UHGV virus genome: UHGV-0245672
DNA length: 31,763 nt
Direction: 5' to 3' (one strand)
DNA from: a virus
The position numbers and the translations under genes were made by a program. Below, piece after piece: positions 17,131 through 26,885 of the stretch. Below the pieces are notes generated by a model. It had not been told where the DNA came from. It saw only the letters and a program-made list of their open reading frames with translations, and did no database searches. Position 1 is the stretch's first letter; the number at the start of each line of letters is the position of its first letter.

Positions 17131-17724
17131 TTACAAACCTGCGCTGAATGTCGCGCTTCGGGTTTCCGTCCCTGCTAACGAAGCCGGATAAACCACGTAT
17201 TCCCCCTGATCCCATCCGGCTCTGATAGCCATTTTTTCCGATGTGATCACCTCAAACTGATAGCGGCGGCATGTTCGCCCGTACTGCCGGATTATCTGGA
17301 TAAGCAGCTGCGTGTTGTCCGCTATCTGGCTGTCTGTCACACGAACCAGGATCACATCCCAGTCAATACCCGGCTGACGCTCCCGCAGCTCCACATATCC
17401 AATGCCCAACCGTTCAAAGATGTTGATAAATCCTTCAACGGAACCGGCATCACGCGCATTCACGAAGGCAAACGCCACCCGTTTGCGGAACAGACTCAAT
17501 GGCTCACCATCAAAGCGGGTTATGTCCCGGTCATACGCCAGCAGGTTCAGTAATGCCGGTGTGCAGGTCAGCGGATCAAACTGGTTCAGTGGCCAGGTTA
17601 TCCAGCCGTATACCTCTGCCCAGAATCGCCGCGCTGTTTTCAGCAGCTTGTCCGGCTCCCCCTGATTCATCCAGGAAGGAAGCACCATCCCGGCCAGCTT
17701 TTTCATGAACTCATTCATTCTCAA
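17131..17724 (-). CDS. I: Baseplate/tail protein gpI family.
   Basis: WPLNQFDPLTCTPALLNLLAYDRDITRFDGEP...KRVAFAFVNARDAGSVEGFINIFERLGIGYVELRE follows the P2 gpI pattern (W.P..CP..LLPWLAW..D.W...WPE..KR.VI). Confidence 0.75.
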   Translation of the reverse strand: MRMNEFMKKLAGMVLPSWMNQGEPDKLLKTARRFWAEVYGWITWPLNQFDPLTCTPALLNLLAYDRDITRFDGEPLSLFRKRVAFAFVNARDAGSVEGFINIFERLGIGYVELRERQPGIDWDVILVRVTDSQIADNTQLLIQIIRQYGRTCRRYQFEVITSEKMAIRAGWDQGEYVVYPASLAGTETRSATFSAGL

Positions 17725-18895
17725 GACTCACTACCAGTGACTTCAGACGCGGCACATTCAGCTCACTGGTAATGTCACCCAGTGAAAAGGACAGCGAATC
17801 CGCCAGCGCAAAGGTTTTGTGGATCTCCCGTCCCAGCTGAGAAAACGAGAACCGTGAATATGGCCACGTCTTTCTGACGTCAAAATCAGCGTTTTCACGG
17901 AAAGCACAGCGGATCATGTTTTCAATGCCAGCCTTCAGGCTGCTCCGTTCATCGTCTGTCAGGTTGGCCAGATTTCTGACATACACAGTAACGGCCAGAT
18001 CGTGACGGGTTTCCGGCATGGCATAACACTGCATATCGTCGCCGTGGCCGTGGTGTCCCTGCGTGTTGATGTAATCATTCACCGCATTCACAAACGGCGC
18101 GGAAGCCACCCCGCTGTCCAGCAATAAATAGGCGTTTGCGGTACCCGGTCCCCTCGGCGCTTCATGCTCAAAGAAAATCCGGTCAATACTCAGCCCGGCA
18201 ACACCGGCAATCATTGAACGGTAAACCGCATCCGTGTGGTAATTGCCCACCAGGTTGAACTGGTTGCGGCAGCGTTCACGCAGTTCATCATCACTTTCTT
18301 CATCGGCACCCGGCACCGTCAGCCAGTTTTCTTCGCTGGCCACATGGCTGATACCATCCACTGCCACAGGCAAAATACGGTAATACCCTGGCGCAAGGTT
18401 ATAGGCTCCCCCGGTTCCGGTGGCTTTCACCGGCAGCAATGCGCTGACCGTGCCGGAAGGGATCACCACATCGCCCGTGGTCGCCAGCTCGTACACCCTG
18501 CCGTTGATGCGTTCAGTCTGGATAACCGTCCCGGCCTTCACCGTCACAACGGCTCTGGCATCTTCCTTAAAGAAGCGGAGCACACCCTGCGCAGCGCTGG
18601 CGGGTTTCGCCGTCACGTTCACCGCCCAGGCCAGCAGACGCAGCATGCTCCCGCTGGCCGTGGCCACAAACATATTGGCCAGCACCGTGGACACCAGAAC
18701 CTCTTTCAGCCACATCACCGGCGCAGTCACAATGGCCGTGACTAACCGCCAGAACGGTGACATGCGGGATGTGTTGGTGATCATGCCCTCCTCAGCCGCA
18801 ATCGCATTAAAGCGATCCCGCACTTCAGATTCTGTCACCGGCATCCCGCTGGCCTTCACCACGCCTTCAAAATCAACCTGCGGTTTTTCCGTCAT
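17711..18895 (-). CDS. J: Baseplate wedge protein gpJ family (Baseplate_J-like).
   Basis: 394 aa. Its position between the gpW-like and gpI genes and its overall composition fit Baseplate_J. Confidence 0.7.
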   Translation of the reverse strand: MTEKPQVDFEGVVKASGMPVTESEVRDRFNAIAAEEGMITNTSRMSPFWRLVTAIVTAPVMWLKEVLVSTVLANMFVATASGSMLRLLAWAVNVTAKPASAAQGVLRFFKEDARAVVTVKAGTVIQTERINGRVYELATTGDVVIPSGTVSALLPVKATGTGGAYNLAPGYYRILPVAVDGISHVASEENWLTVPGADEESDDELRERCRNQFNLVGNYHTDAVYRSMIAGVAGLSIDRIFFEHEAPRGPGTANAYLLLDSGVASAPFVNAVNDYINTQGHHGHGDDMQCYAMPETRHDLAVTVYVRNLANLTDDERSSLKAGIENMIRCAFRENADFDVRKTWPYSRFSFSQLGREIHKTFALADSLSFSLGDITSELNVPRLKSLVVSLENE

Positions 18896-19221
18896 AAATC
18901 CACCTGCGCAGAAATGCCGCCAAAATCATAGGTGCTGGCCGTTAACCATAATCGTTTCTGGCTTTCCTCACTGATTTCCACTGTTCCCGGAATAATCCGT
19001 TCATCATCTTCAATCAGTAATTCCATACGGGTAAAAATATCCGCCCGCATTGTTGGGCTGCGTTCGGCAATCAGTTCCGTTGCCAGCCCGCTTTCAATAA
19101 TGGAATGAATAATGTCCTGTCCGATACTTTTACGGTTATTACACAGTTCAGGTTCATATCCGGTATTCAGAACAAAATCACCGCCCTGAATAAGCAAATC
19201 AATATAAAGGCTCTCACTCAT
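18892..19221 (-). CDS. W: Baseplate protein gpW / gp25-like.
   Basis: 109 aa with IGQDIIHSIIESGLATELIAERS resembling the GPW_gp25 core. Coupled (ATGA overlap) to the tape-measure stop. Confidence 0.65.
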   Translation of the reverse strand: MSESLYIDLLIQGGDFVLNTGYEPELCNNRKSIGQDIIHSIIESGLATELIAERSPTMRADIFTRMELLIEDDERIIPGTVEISEESQKRLWLTASTYDFGGISAQVDL

Positions 19222-21278
19222 GCGCCCAGCTCCTGAAATTCCATTAACTGACCGGGTGTAATCATTTCTTTCGGATAAATGTTTACCGTGTCAATTTTCC
19301 GGCTATTGTCGGTCACGGACTTAGCATTACTGTTAATCGTTTTGGTAATTCCGCCCTTCTCAATGCCTTTTAATTCACCTCCGGTTAACAGCCGGTCTGC
19401 GGTGAAACTATTTTGCGTCACCGCAGGAAGTGCGCCTTCAGCTTTCGCGGATTGTTTTAACTCTGGTACCGGATACACCGCTGTTTCATTTTTAGCGATA
19501 CCTGCTGAAGCAGCGCCCGCCAGTTCAATATCAACACCCGGAATATTATTTAATTTACTTACAATCCAGTTCCATGATTTCAGAAAGCCGTTTTTAACCG
19601 ACAGCCAGACATTATCAAACAATGACACAATGCCCGTGGCCAGCCCGCTTAATGCCTGAGAAGGAGAAAACCCTGTCAGCATGGAAATAAAACTGTTCCA
19701 GCCTTCGCTGATAAACTGCCAGGCTGAAGCAAACACCCCGGCAAGCCATGCCACTACCCTGGCGCATGCCTGAAATGCAGCGGTATCCATGACCGCGTTC
19801 TTTACCGTGTCCCAGTGTTTAATCAGCAGCCAGCAACCGGCAGCAAGTAAGGCAACGGCACCAATCACAAGCAGGATCGGCCAGCTCATCAGATTGATAC
19901 CTATCCCGGCCATCATTGCCGCCATACGAACCGCCAGCAACGTACCGCGCAGAAATTTCAGCGTGGCATTCCAGGCAATCACAGCAATGTTCCCCAGCCA
20001 GACAGCCACGGTGTAAACCTTCGCGACGGCCGTCAGCGATACCCAGATCCCGCGCAACCCCATCATGATGAATCTGGAGACACCCATCACAATATTGGCG
20101 ACTGCGCCCACAGCCGCAAAGCTGAGTAAGGCCATTGCCGCATACCCGACAACACGCGCAATGTTAGGAAACAGCTGCATCCAGCGGGCAAAAGTCTGTC
20201 CCATATCGGCCAGGCGGTTCAGTACCGGATATAACACCGGGATCAGCGTCAGGCCAATCACGGTCTGGATAGCCTTCAGGATTGCGACAAAGCGATCCCA
20301 CGGCTTCACCATTTTCTGCGCCATTTCCTGGGTACGCTTCAGACCATCCGCACCGCCCAGTTCTGTGATATTGCGCTGAAGCAGCGCCACATTACCGTAC
20401 AGGTGTTTTACCACCGCCGAACTGTCACCAAATGCCGCATCCAGTTCAGCCTGGGCTTTCAGATTCCCCTCCAGGCTTTTGCCATACTTGCCCTGTAACT
20501 TGATCAGCATTTCAGGCATGGACAGCATTTTGCCGGTGGAATCCGTGAAGGACAGCCCCAGCTTTTTACCGCCCTCGATGGCTCCGGTCATAAAGCCTTC
20601 ATAAGCGCTGCTGGCTTCCGTGCCCAGTGTCCGCTGAAGCTGTCCCAGCACAGCCAGCTGCTCATCCAGCCCCACACCGTAGTTGGTACCCACGCCGCGC
20701 GCCCCTTCCATCAAATCCTTGATAGCGGCCATTTCCGTGCCAAAGGTTTTGCGCATATACACCATTTTTCCGGCCAGTTGTTCGGCAAACTCAACTTTGC
20801 CCAGCCGGTTGGCATCAGCGGAGAAGTTACCGAACATCTGTCCCATGAACTCGGCGGTTTCCGCTGCGGTGGATTTGAGCGCAAACGCCAGGGTATTGGC
20901 GACTTTCGTCACTTTCGGCAGCTCATTCCCGGTCAGCCCGGCAATGGAGGCGTTTATACTTTCCGTGGACTGTACAAACTCCACCGCGCTGGCGCCGTAG
21001 GTTGTACTGAAGCGCAGCGCATCACGCTGAACGGTTTTAAGCGCAGAATCATCAATCCCTTTTGCGGCCGCATCATTCAGCGCGTCATACATTTCAATGG
21101 CGGGCATCAGCGCACCTTTAATGACCATCCCTGTACCCGCCAGCCCCAGAACGCCGCCACCAATCTGCATAAAGGCTTCTTTTGATTTTTCAGCAAAGCC
21201 CGTTACGTTGCCCTGCGCCTGTTTTAACGGGCGGGACAATTTATCAATCAGGCTTAATGTAAAATCTAACTGTTTCAT
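19218..21278 (-). CDS. T: Tail tape measure protein.
   Basis: 686 aa. The long hydrophobic and Ala/Gly-rich central segment is characteristic of TMPs. The start codon overlaps the stop of the E' frameshift extension. Confidence 0.8.
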   Translation of the reverse strand: MKQLDFTLSLIDKLSRPLKQAQGNVTGFAEKSKEAFMQIGGGVLGLAGTGMVIKGALMPAIEMYDALNDAAAKGIDDSALKTVQRDALRFSTTYGASAVEFVQSTESINASIAGLTGNELPKVTKVANTLAFALKSTAAETAEFMGQMFGNFSADANRLGKVEFAEQLAGKMVYMRKTFGTEMAAIKDLMEGARGVGTNYGVGLDEQLAVLGQLQRTLGTEASSAYEGFMTGAIEGGKKLGLSFTDSTGKMLSMPEMLIKLQGKYGKSLEGNLKAQAELDAAFGDSSAVVKHLYGNVALLQRNITELGGADGLKRTQEMAQKMVKPWDRFVAILKAIQTVIGLTLIPVLYPVLNRLADMGQTFARWMQLFPNIARVVGYAAMALLSFAAVGAVANIVMGVSRFIMMGLRGIWVSLTAVAKVYTVAVWLGNIAVIAWNATLKFLRGTLLAVRMAAMMAGIGINLMSWPILLVIGAVALLAAGCWLLIKHWDTVKNAVMDTAAFQACARVVAWLAGVFASAWQFISEGWNSFISMLTGFSPSQALSGLATGIVSLFDNVWLSVKNGFLKSWNWIVSKLNNIPGVDIELAGAASAGIAKNETAVYPVPELKQSAKAEGALPAVTQNSFTADRLLTGGELKGIEKGGITKTINSNAKSVTDNSRKIDTVNIYPKEMITPGQLMEFQELGA

Positions 21279-21732
21279 TCAGTGCCTTTAAATGCTTTAG
21301 CCACGCCATTAGCCACGGCTATTCCCGTATATTCCCAGTGGCGGTTATCCAGCCATATAGCGGCGGCAATATCGTCAACGGAATCCTGACCATGCGGTAA
21401 ATAATGACGGCGAAGAATTAAATACTGTTCGAGTCCATTTCGGTCAATATCATGGACTCGCTTTGTCAGTTTTTTACTTCAATCTCCAGTTCCGGCGCGT
21501 AAATATCATTAACCTTACTGACCAGTTGCAACGCAGCGCCCGGACGTTTTAATACGTCAATCAGTGCTTCTTTCGTTTCCGGGGTAACAATACGCATCAG
21601 ATAATTATTTGCAGGTGCAACTTTATTATCCATTGCCATTTCATTAATCAGTTTATTGTAAGCAGTCTGATTAGGTTCAAAAATAATATCTGCACCACAA
21701 ACACTCAGTTTAATTTGTTCCATAAATAACAC
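21275..21732 (-). other. E+E' tail-chaperone fusion made by programmed -1 ribosomal frameshift. The slippery heptamer A_AAA_AAC lies on the minus strand at 21469-21475. The -1 frame is open for 63 codons and stops in a TGA that overlaps the tape-measure ATG.
   Basis: I translated the -1 frame after the heptamer. It is stop-free until the ATGA overlap with T at 21275-21278. Same architecture as P2 E/E' and lambda G/GT. Confidence 0.7.
21466..21732 (-). CDS. E: Tail assembly chaperone E (short form).
   Basis: 88-aa acidic protein directly upstream of the tape measure, ending in the slippery site. Confidence 0.75.
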   Translation of the reverse strand: MLFMEQIKLSVCGADIIFEPNQTAYNKLINEMAMDNKVAPANNYLMRIVTPETKEALIDVLKRPGAALQLVSKVNDIYAPELEIEVKN

Positions 21733-22009
21733 GCTCTCTTAAATTAATTTCATCGACTAACTGATTATGACGCGCCGCACACTGGCCATATATTTCAAGG
21801 TAAGCAGTCAGCAGTTCCGCTGCGTCTTTACCTGTTGCCCCGTTCAGGCGCGGCAGCTGCGTGGCGCATCGTGTTTTCAGGTTTTCCTGATAACGCACGT
21901 TCGGTACCGGCGACGGCGCTGTTGTACATGCTGACAAAATCATCAGACAGACACCTGTTAGTAAAAACCGGCTTAAGCACTTCCGTGCGGATCTCTCGCG
22001 GTTGCGCAT
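21710..22009 (-). CDS. Rz1-like o-spanin lipoprotein, overlapping Rz in another frame.
   Basis: Signal peptide with lipobox LSAC followed by a short mature peptide. Starts inside the Rz ORF. Confidence 0.55.
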   Translation of the reverse strand: MRNRERSARKCLSRFLLTGVCLMILSACTTAPSPVPNVRYQENLKTRCATQLPRLNGATGKDAAELLTAYLEIYGQCAARHNQLVDEINLRERVIYGTN

Positions 22010-22208
22010 TTCTTAGCGCCTCCAGTTTATCTTCCAGCGCCCTGGCGGAATCACTGGCAATGCCCTGCATCACCTTTCGCGATTCATTACCCGCCACCTG
22101 CGCCGCCGTGTTGATTGCCAGCTCCAGGCTGTCGCGCCGCCAGTCAGCGGTCAGCCAGCCCCAGACAAACGCCAGCGCCACCACAACCAGCCACTGCGCG
22201 TGACTCAT
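21828..22208 (-). CDS. Rz-like i-spanin.
   Basis: N-terminal TM helix (WLVVVALAFVWGW), then a charged coiled-coil-like periplasmic domain. Immediately downstream of the endolysin. Confidence 0.6.
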   Translation of the reverse strand: MSHAQWLVVVALAFVWGWLTADWRRDSLELAINTAAQVAGNESRKVMQGIASDSARALEDKLEALRNAQPREIRTEVLKPVFTNRCLSDDFVSMYNSAVAGTERALSGKPENTMRHAAAAPERGNR

Positions 22209-22549
22209 CAGCGCACCCCGTTATGTTCCAGGCTGAAATGATTACCATCCGGTCTGGATTTGAAGCGTCCGCCCCAGCTTCCGCCCAGAGATTCCCAGTA
22301 TTCACCCAGCGGCAGATAGTCCTCTGTACGGGTCAGGTACTGGCCATTCACAAACAGATTAAAATCCACGGCCAGACGCTGGGTGTGCAGACTGTTAGAA
22401 ATGCCGCTGCCCTTCTTCGCGTTCAGCGCCGCCTGTTCCGGGGTGCGGTACGCTTCACCAAACGTCAGCCGGTAGCCGCGTTCTTCCGCCCAGTGGATAA
22501 GGTTGGCTACCATGACGGTAAACAGCTGCTGCTTTTCACTCAGGGTCAT
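22208..22549 (-). CDS. Endolysin, zinc M15-family peptidoglycan peptidase.
   Basis: SLHTQRLAVD...DGNHFSLEH (H-x6-D ... H zinc ligands) is typical of M15 / VanY-like phage endolysins. Size 113 aa. Confidence 0.8.
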   Translation of the reverse strand: MTLSEKQQLFTVMVANLIHWAEERGYRLTFGEAYRTPEQAALNAKKGSGISNSLHTQRLAVDFNLFVNGQYLTRTEDYLPLGEYWESLGGSWGGRFKSRPDGNHFSLEHNGVR

Positions 22550-22838
22550 TTGTCACACTCCCGTTTTTCTTTCCCGCTGCACGTCTGCGCAGCCACATTT
22601 CAACAGCCTGATAACCTGCAATACCCAGCGCTGCACCGAGTCCCTGAATAGCCAGCGGGCTGGCCTCCGGGATTTGAATCAGCACTGCGCCAGCGATGAC
22701 TGAAACAAAACTGCCCAAAATCACACGGCTGATAAACAGGCGCGGTGTAATGGGATCATCACTGGCCAGCACCTTCGCAACAGCAATGAGCGCTCCCATA
22801 ATCAGCAGTGAATAAAGGCTCTTTTCATGTTCCTGCAT
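22536..22838 (-). CDS. Holin.
   Basis: 100 aa with two or three TM helices and a charged C-terminus. Directly upstream of the endolysin. Confidence 0.65.
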   Translation of the reverse strand: MQEHEKSLYSLLIMGALIAVAKVLASDDPITPRLFISRVILGSFVSVIAGAVLIQIPEASPLAIQGLGAALGIAGYQAVEMWLRRRAAGKKNGSVTNDPE

Positions 22839-22848
22839 TCCGGCTTCC

Positions 22849-23304
22849 TTATCCGATCAGGTTTTCCGTGGCTTCCGCTTCCAGATACGGCACACCGTTG
22901 ATGTTCACGAACTTGGGACTGGTCACAAAATATTTGATTTTGTGCGTCGCCACACCGCCGCCCTTGGGATCGATATCCAGCAGATTACTTAGCTGGAGTT
23001 TGTTGCCGAACGACTCCACTTTCATTTCTTCGCTGCCCGCTTTGGCATAGAAAAGAAAATCCAGCGGCGGAATACCACGCCACGAACCTGCTGCGCGGGC
23101 TTTGGCCGTCAGTACGCCCAGCACTTTGGAACTGACTTCAATTTCTCCCTCTGCGGCCACATCGCCATCAACATGGCCATCCGGCACACCACGGGTCTGG
23201 GCGGCGGCGCTGTTATCCGTGATATCGAGCGTGATTTTCTCGATGTGGATCAGATCGCCGTCAAGGTAGGTATCAAACGACATACCCGAAATACGTTTAC
23301 TCAT
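22849..23304 (-). CDS. Tail tube protein (putative).
   Basis: 151 aa. Coupled downstream of the sheath gene (overlap 23301-23304). Confidence 0.55.
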   Translation of the reverse strand: MSKRISGMSFDTYLDGDLIHIEKITLDITDNSAAAQTRGVPDGHVDGDVAAEGEIEVSSKVLGVLTAKARAAGSWRGIPPLDFLFYAKAGSEEMKVESFGNKLQLSNLLDIDPKGGGVATHKIKYFVTSPKFVNINGVPYLEAEATENLIG

Positions 23305-24428
23305 GCAGCGCCCTCCAGACTGGCATCCAGTAACAGACTGATGGTGATTTGCAGTGGGACTTCCCAGGTGCGTACCACCAGATAAATATCCACCGTCTTT
23401 TTGTTCTTCCAGACAATGGTCACATCACCCTCCTGCGGCGGCTTCACTTCCCCTGGAAATGACACGCCATTGATACTGGCTGCCGTGGACATTTCACGCA
23501 GTGGACGTGCAAACAGCGTCTGGTGTGCAGCAATGCTGCCCGGTGTGCTGTTCAGTGAACGATCCGCGATTTTGCTGATCGCCAGCAGACGTACACGACG
23601 CGCCGCTTTATCGGCAACACGCAGGGTTTCAATCGACTGATAATCGCCGCCTTCCACATCCAGCGTCCGCCCGTCAGCCCAGTAAAAGCCGTCATAATCC
23701 GGGTACCACATCGGTACACTAAAACGCTGCGCTTCCAGTGCCCGAAGCGTGGCCAGCTCCAGTACCGCCCCGGTACCATCAACCGGCATTTCATCACTGC
23801 CCAGATTCAGCAGCGCCCCGGTTTTCACACGGGCGGGACTGTCTGCAATAGTCACGGCACGGCTGCACAGACGCCCAGCCAGCACACCCGGCTCATTTCC
23901 CCACAAACGCGGGATCAGCTGCACCGCTTTCTCTGCAATACCGTCCTGGATTGCAGACACACGGGTCAGGTAATCCGCCTGGGCTTCTTCTTCCTGCATT
24001 CCTTGCACGGCCAGAATGAACCACACCCAGCGCCCATATTTGGAAATCAGCGTGGATCGTAACGTCACCGCCTGATTCACCTGCGCTTTTGCCGTCACAT
24101 CACTGGACAGCACCACCCCCTCCACCGAACACACCACCTGTGCGGCCAGAACCGCTTTCACCCAGGCATCGTCCTCAGCATCTGCGGGCAGCACATGAAT
24201 AAATCCCCACCAGTTCTGACCGGCGTTTGCCAGTGCCGCCAGAACATCGTTTTTCAGCGGGCTTTCCCCCTCTCCCAGCAGTGCATCAAAATCACTCTGG
24301 GCATTCACCGCCAGCGTTTTCCCCACATTTTTGGTACCCGTACCGATAAACAGCAGCGTGCGCTCCACTTCATTGGTTTCACCCAGCAGCTGGTTTACCT
24401 GGTTCACGGTCACGTTTGGCCAGGTCAT
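23301..24428 (-). CDS. Tail sheath protein (putative).
   Basis: 375 aa, the first large gene after the tail-completion genes and followed by the tube gene. ATGA coupling with the upstream gene. Confidence 0.6.
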   Translation of the reverse strand: MTWPNVTVNQVNQLLGETNEVERTLLFIGTGTKNVGKTLAVNAQSDFDALLGEGESPLKNDVLAALANAGQNWWGFIHVLPADAEDDAWVKAVLAAQVVCSVEGVVLSSDVTAKAQVNQAVTLRSTLISKYGRWVWFILAVQGMQEEEAQADYLTRVSAIQDGIAEKAVQLIPRLWGNEPGVLAGRLCSRAVTIADSPARVKTGALLNLGSDEMPVDGTGAVLELATLRALEAQRFSVPMWYPDYDGFYWADGRTLDVEGGDYQSIETLRVADKAARRVRLLAISKIADRSLNSTPGSIAAHQTLFARPLREMSTAASINGVSFPGEVKPPQEGDVTIVWKNKKTVDIYLVVRTWEVPLQITISLLLDASLEGAA

Positions 24429-25132
24429 GCTTTCCCCTTAATATCCTGCGCCTTAACATCCCAGCCAAAGCCGATGGCCTGAAGCTGGCGCGCCAGCGCG
24501 TTATCAAATTCATCGTCACTCATGCCCAGAAAGACACGGGCAGGAAGATCCACTGTCCAGCTGGTTTTCACCGCCTTACCGCTGAGTTTTCGAATCAGTA
24601 ACCCCGCCCGGCTGTATGGCATTGTTTGGGTTAACTCGCCCAGCGTGGGCTTTTTCCAGCGTTTACCGGTGCGCACCCGGTACCCCAGCGCCCGCAGTTT
24701 TTTGGCCTGGGCTGGCGTGGCCATTTTTCCGGCCTCCGCCTTCCGTGGCTGGCTGCGACGGCTGACACTGACGCGCATCCCATTTTGTTGCGCATATCCG
24801 ACTGTCCCGGCCGGTACCGGCGTTTCCCCGTTCCGGTAGCCACCGCCCTGCAAATAAATCCGTACCGCCTGAATCTCTGGCATTTCACGGATATGCAGCA
24901 GTTTTGGCAGGTTCCGCAGCATCTTCCCTTTGCGCTTCGTTTTACGCCCTGGCCACTTCTGACCATCCGGTGCTTCCTGATTGCGAACATGCCGTTTTGC
25001 AGCGGCAATCACGCCGTATTTGGCCAGCCTCCAGATAAGACGCTGGCGCTTTTTGGGCGGCAGCTCCATGCTGGCCAGTGATTTACGCAACTCTGCCAGC
25101 TGTTTTTTATTCAGCTCACCACCGGCAATCAT
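24425..25132 (-). CDS. Virion morphogenesis / tail completion protein (P2 gpS / Mu G family, putative).
   Basis: 235 aa with a basic N-terminal region (KKRQRLIWRLAKYG...KWPGRKTKRKG). Sits between gpR-like and the sheath. Confidence 0.5.
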   Translation of the reverse strand: MIAGGELNKKQLAELRKSLASMELPPKKRQRLIWRLAKYGVIAAAKRHVRNQEAPDGQKWPGRKTKRKGKMLRNLPKLLHIREMPEIQAVRIYLQGGGYRNGETPVPAGTVGYAQQNGMRVSVSRRSQPRKAEAGKMATPAQAKKLRALGYRVRTGKRWKKPTLGELTQTMPYSRAGLLIRKLSGKAVKTSWTVDLPARVFLGMSDDEFDNALARQLQAIGFGWDVKAQDIKGKA

Positions 25133-25635
25133 TCGTTACCGCCTACCGGCGCACCGGTTTCATCCACGCCATAAATATTGGCGGTGATCGCTATCCAGAC
25201 TTCAGGGTTAACCAGCGACCAGCGTTTCCCCTGCCACGGGATCGCCCCGTTTTCGTCCTCCCTGATCACCAGTTCTTCCGCCATTGGTACCGTCAGCACA
25301 ATGGTGGCGGTTTCCTCATCCTCCACTGACACATCCCAGTCAGGTTCAGCTTCAGTCAGGCCGACTTCATCCAGTAATTCCCTGTCAGCCTCATCCAGCC
25401 ACGCGGCCAGCAGTGACATAAGCAACTGCGGCGGACACAGGCGATACGGGAAACGCTGCCAGCTGATTACCGCGTCATAGCGAATCACCGCCTGGCGGTA
25501 CTGTCCCAGTCCGTAATCCTTCGCGGCGGGGATGAACTTCATTTCATCCAGCACACTGTCAAATGACTGCATGGCGCGCGGCGGCACGTTTTGCTGAAAA
25601 AATGCGGTCAGGCTCTCAAGCTGTGTCTGGCTCAT
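25129..25635 (-). CDS. Tail completion protein gpR-like (putative).
   Basis: 168 aa. LLMSLLAAWLDEADRE resembles the P2 gpR LLIVPVLAWLRENQPD segment. Lies downstream of gpL. Confidence 0.5.
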   Translation of the reverse strand: MSQTQLESLTAFFQQNVPPRAMQSFDSVLDEMKFIPAAKDYGLGQYRQAVIRYDAVISWQRFPYRLCPPQLLMSLLAAWLDEADRELLDEVGLTEAEPDWDVSVEDEETATIVLTVPMAEELVIREDENGAIPWQGKRWSLVNPEVWIAITANIYGVDETGAPVGGNE

Positions 25636-26084
25636 ACTTTTTTCACCGTTGCCCGTTTAAGCCCCTTCATGCGGCGGATAACCACTGAAGCCTCAGCCAG
25701 TAGCCCGGCGCGGGTTTCCATACTTTCCTGTCCCGGATGGGTTTCACGTCGCCCGACAGTGGCGAACTCCCCCAGCAGATCCGCTTTTGCCCTGGCAAAT
25801 ACCGCTTTCATGTACTGGGCACACAGACTGTTAAGCCCGCCCATTTTTACGCCCGGAACATCTGCCGCCAGCGTGTGGCCTTTTGCTTTCCAGCTGGCCT
25901 CCACGTTTTCCAGCTCGGCATTCACCTCCGCGACTGCGGCCAGCAGCGCCTGACTGATGGTGTCCGCGTCGATATCGGCTGGCAGTGACCGCTGCGCCTG
26001 AAAGTCCTTCAGATTCAGATCCGGCCAGAACCCGTTATTCGTCAGCGGCTCATCCTGATAATCCAGCGGTTTTCCGCTAAACAT
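25632..26084 (-). CDS. L: Head completion/stabilisation protein gpL. The track start at 26135 is a GTG with a weak Shine-Dalgarno. The ATG at 26084 has a GGGGGA Shine-Dalgarno.
   Basis: Architecture and C-terminus like P2 gpL. Position after gpM. Confidence 0.7.
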   Translation of the reverse strand: MFSGKPLDYQDEPLTNNGFWPDLNLKDFQAQRSLPADIDADTISQALLAAVAEVNAELENVEASWKAKGHTLAADVPGVKMGGLNSLCAQYMKAVFARAKADLLGEFATVGRRETHPGQESMETRAGLLAEASVVIRRMKGLKRATVKKV

Positions 26085-26180
26085 AATTCCCCCGAAAAAG
26101 GCGGACTGACCGGTTTCCACGGCACAGTGACACACGGAGTGTTCTGCCCTCCACCGCGTCCGCCTGGCTTGCGGTAGTCT

Positions 26181-26882
26181 TTACCCCTGCGTCAGTTTTC
26201 GGATACGGGCGGCAATCGTCTGCCGTGCCGTTCTGACGCCGATTTTTAAATAGTATTTTTCTGCGGTGGCCAGCAGTTGATCGGCTTTCTCCAGCGTTTC
26301 AATGTCGTCCACACTCGCGGCCGTTGTCTGGCCATCTTCGCCGCGCAGCAGCTCCAGCCCGGCAAACTTGAACCACTTGGCCGTAACCTGTTCATGCAGC
26401 CGCCAGGTACTGGCGACACACTCAAATGTGCGGGAAAAATACGGTTCAACACTTTCCCCGCGCCCGGATGTTTCCTGCGCCCAGGCCAGCATCGTATCGG
26501 CCACGAACGTGGGAAAATTGCTGCGCAACCGATCCGGGGTTGCCTGCTGCTGGCTGATTGCAATGTCAGCCCAGTCCAGCGCCTTATCCAGATCGCCCAC
26601 GTCAAACAGCCAGATAACACACCAGGCAAATACCGGGTTGGCGTACACCTGCCCGCTTTCCAGATACGCTTCCACAGTCGGTGTCCAGCGCGGCAGCAAC
26701 ACATCCCGCTTAAACTCAACGCGATCCGCGATTGTCGGCAGGTTACGGGCATGTTCCACATCCGTTTCCAGCGCCTTAATCAGCAGGTGCATGCTTTCTG
26801 TGGTTTCCAGTGCCTGACTGCGTTTCAGCTTTTGTTCCATCGCAATGCGCTGGCTGTGACGCTGCGCGGGAGAAAGTGCCAT
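26181..26882 (-). CDS. M: Terminase small (endonuclease) subunit gpM.
   Basis: N-terminus MALSPAQRHSQRIAMEQ matches P2 gpM MTSPAQRH. 233 aa. Follows the capsid gene. Confidence 0.8.
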   Translation of the reverse strand: MALSPAQRHSQRIAMEQKLKRSQALETTESMHLLIKALETDVEHARNLPTIADRVEFKRDVLLPRWTPTVEAYLESGQVYANPVFAWCVIWLFDVGDLDKALDWADIAISQQQATPDRLRSNFPTFVADTMLAWAQETSGRGESVEPYFSRTFECVASTWRLHEQVTAKWFKFAGLELLRGEDGQTTAASVDDIETLEKADQLLATAEKYYLKIGVRTARQTIAARIRKLTQG

Positions 26883-26885
26883 TTA

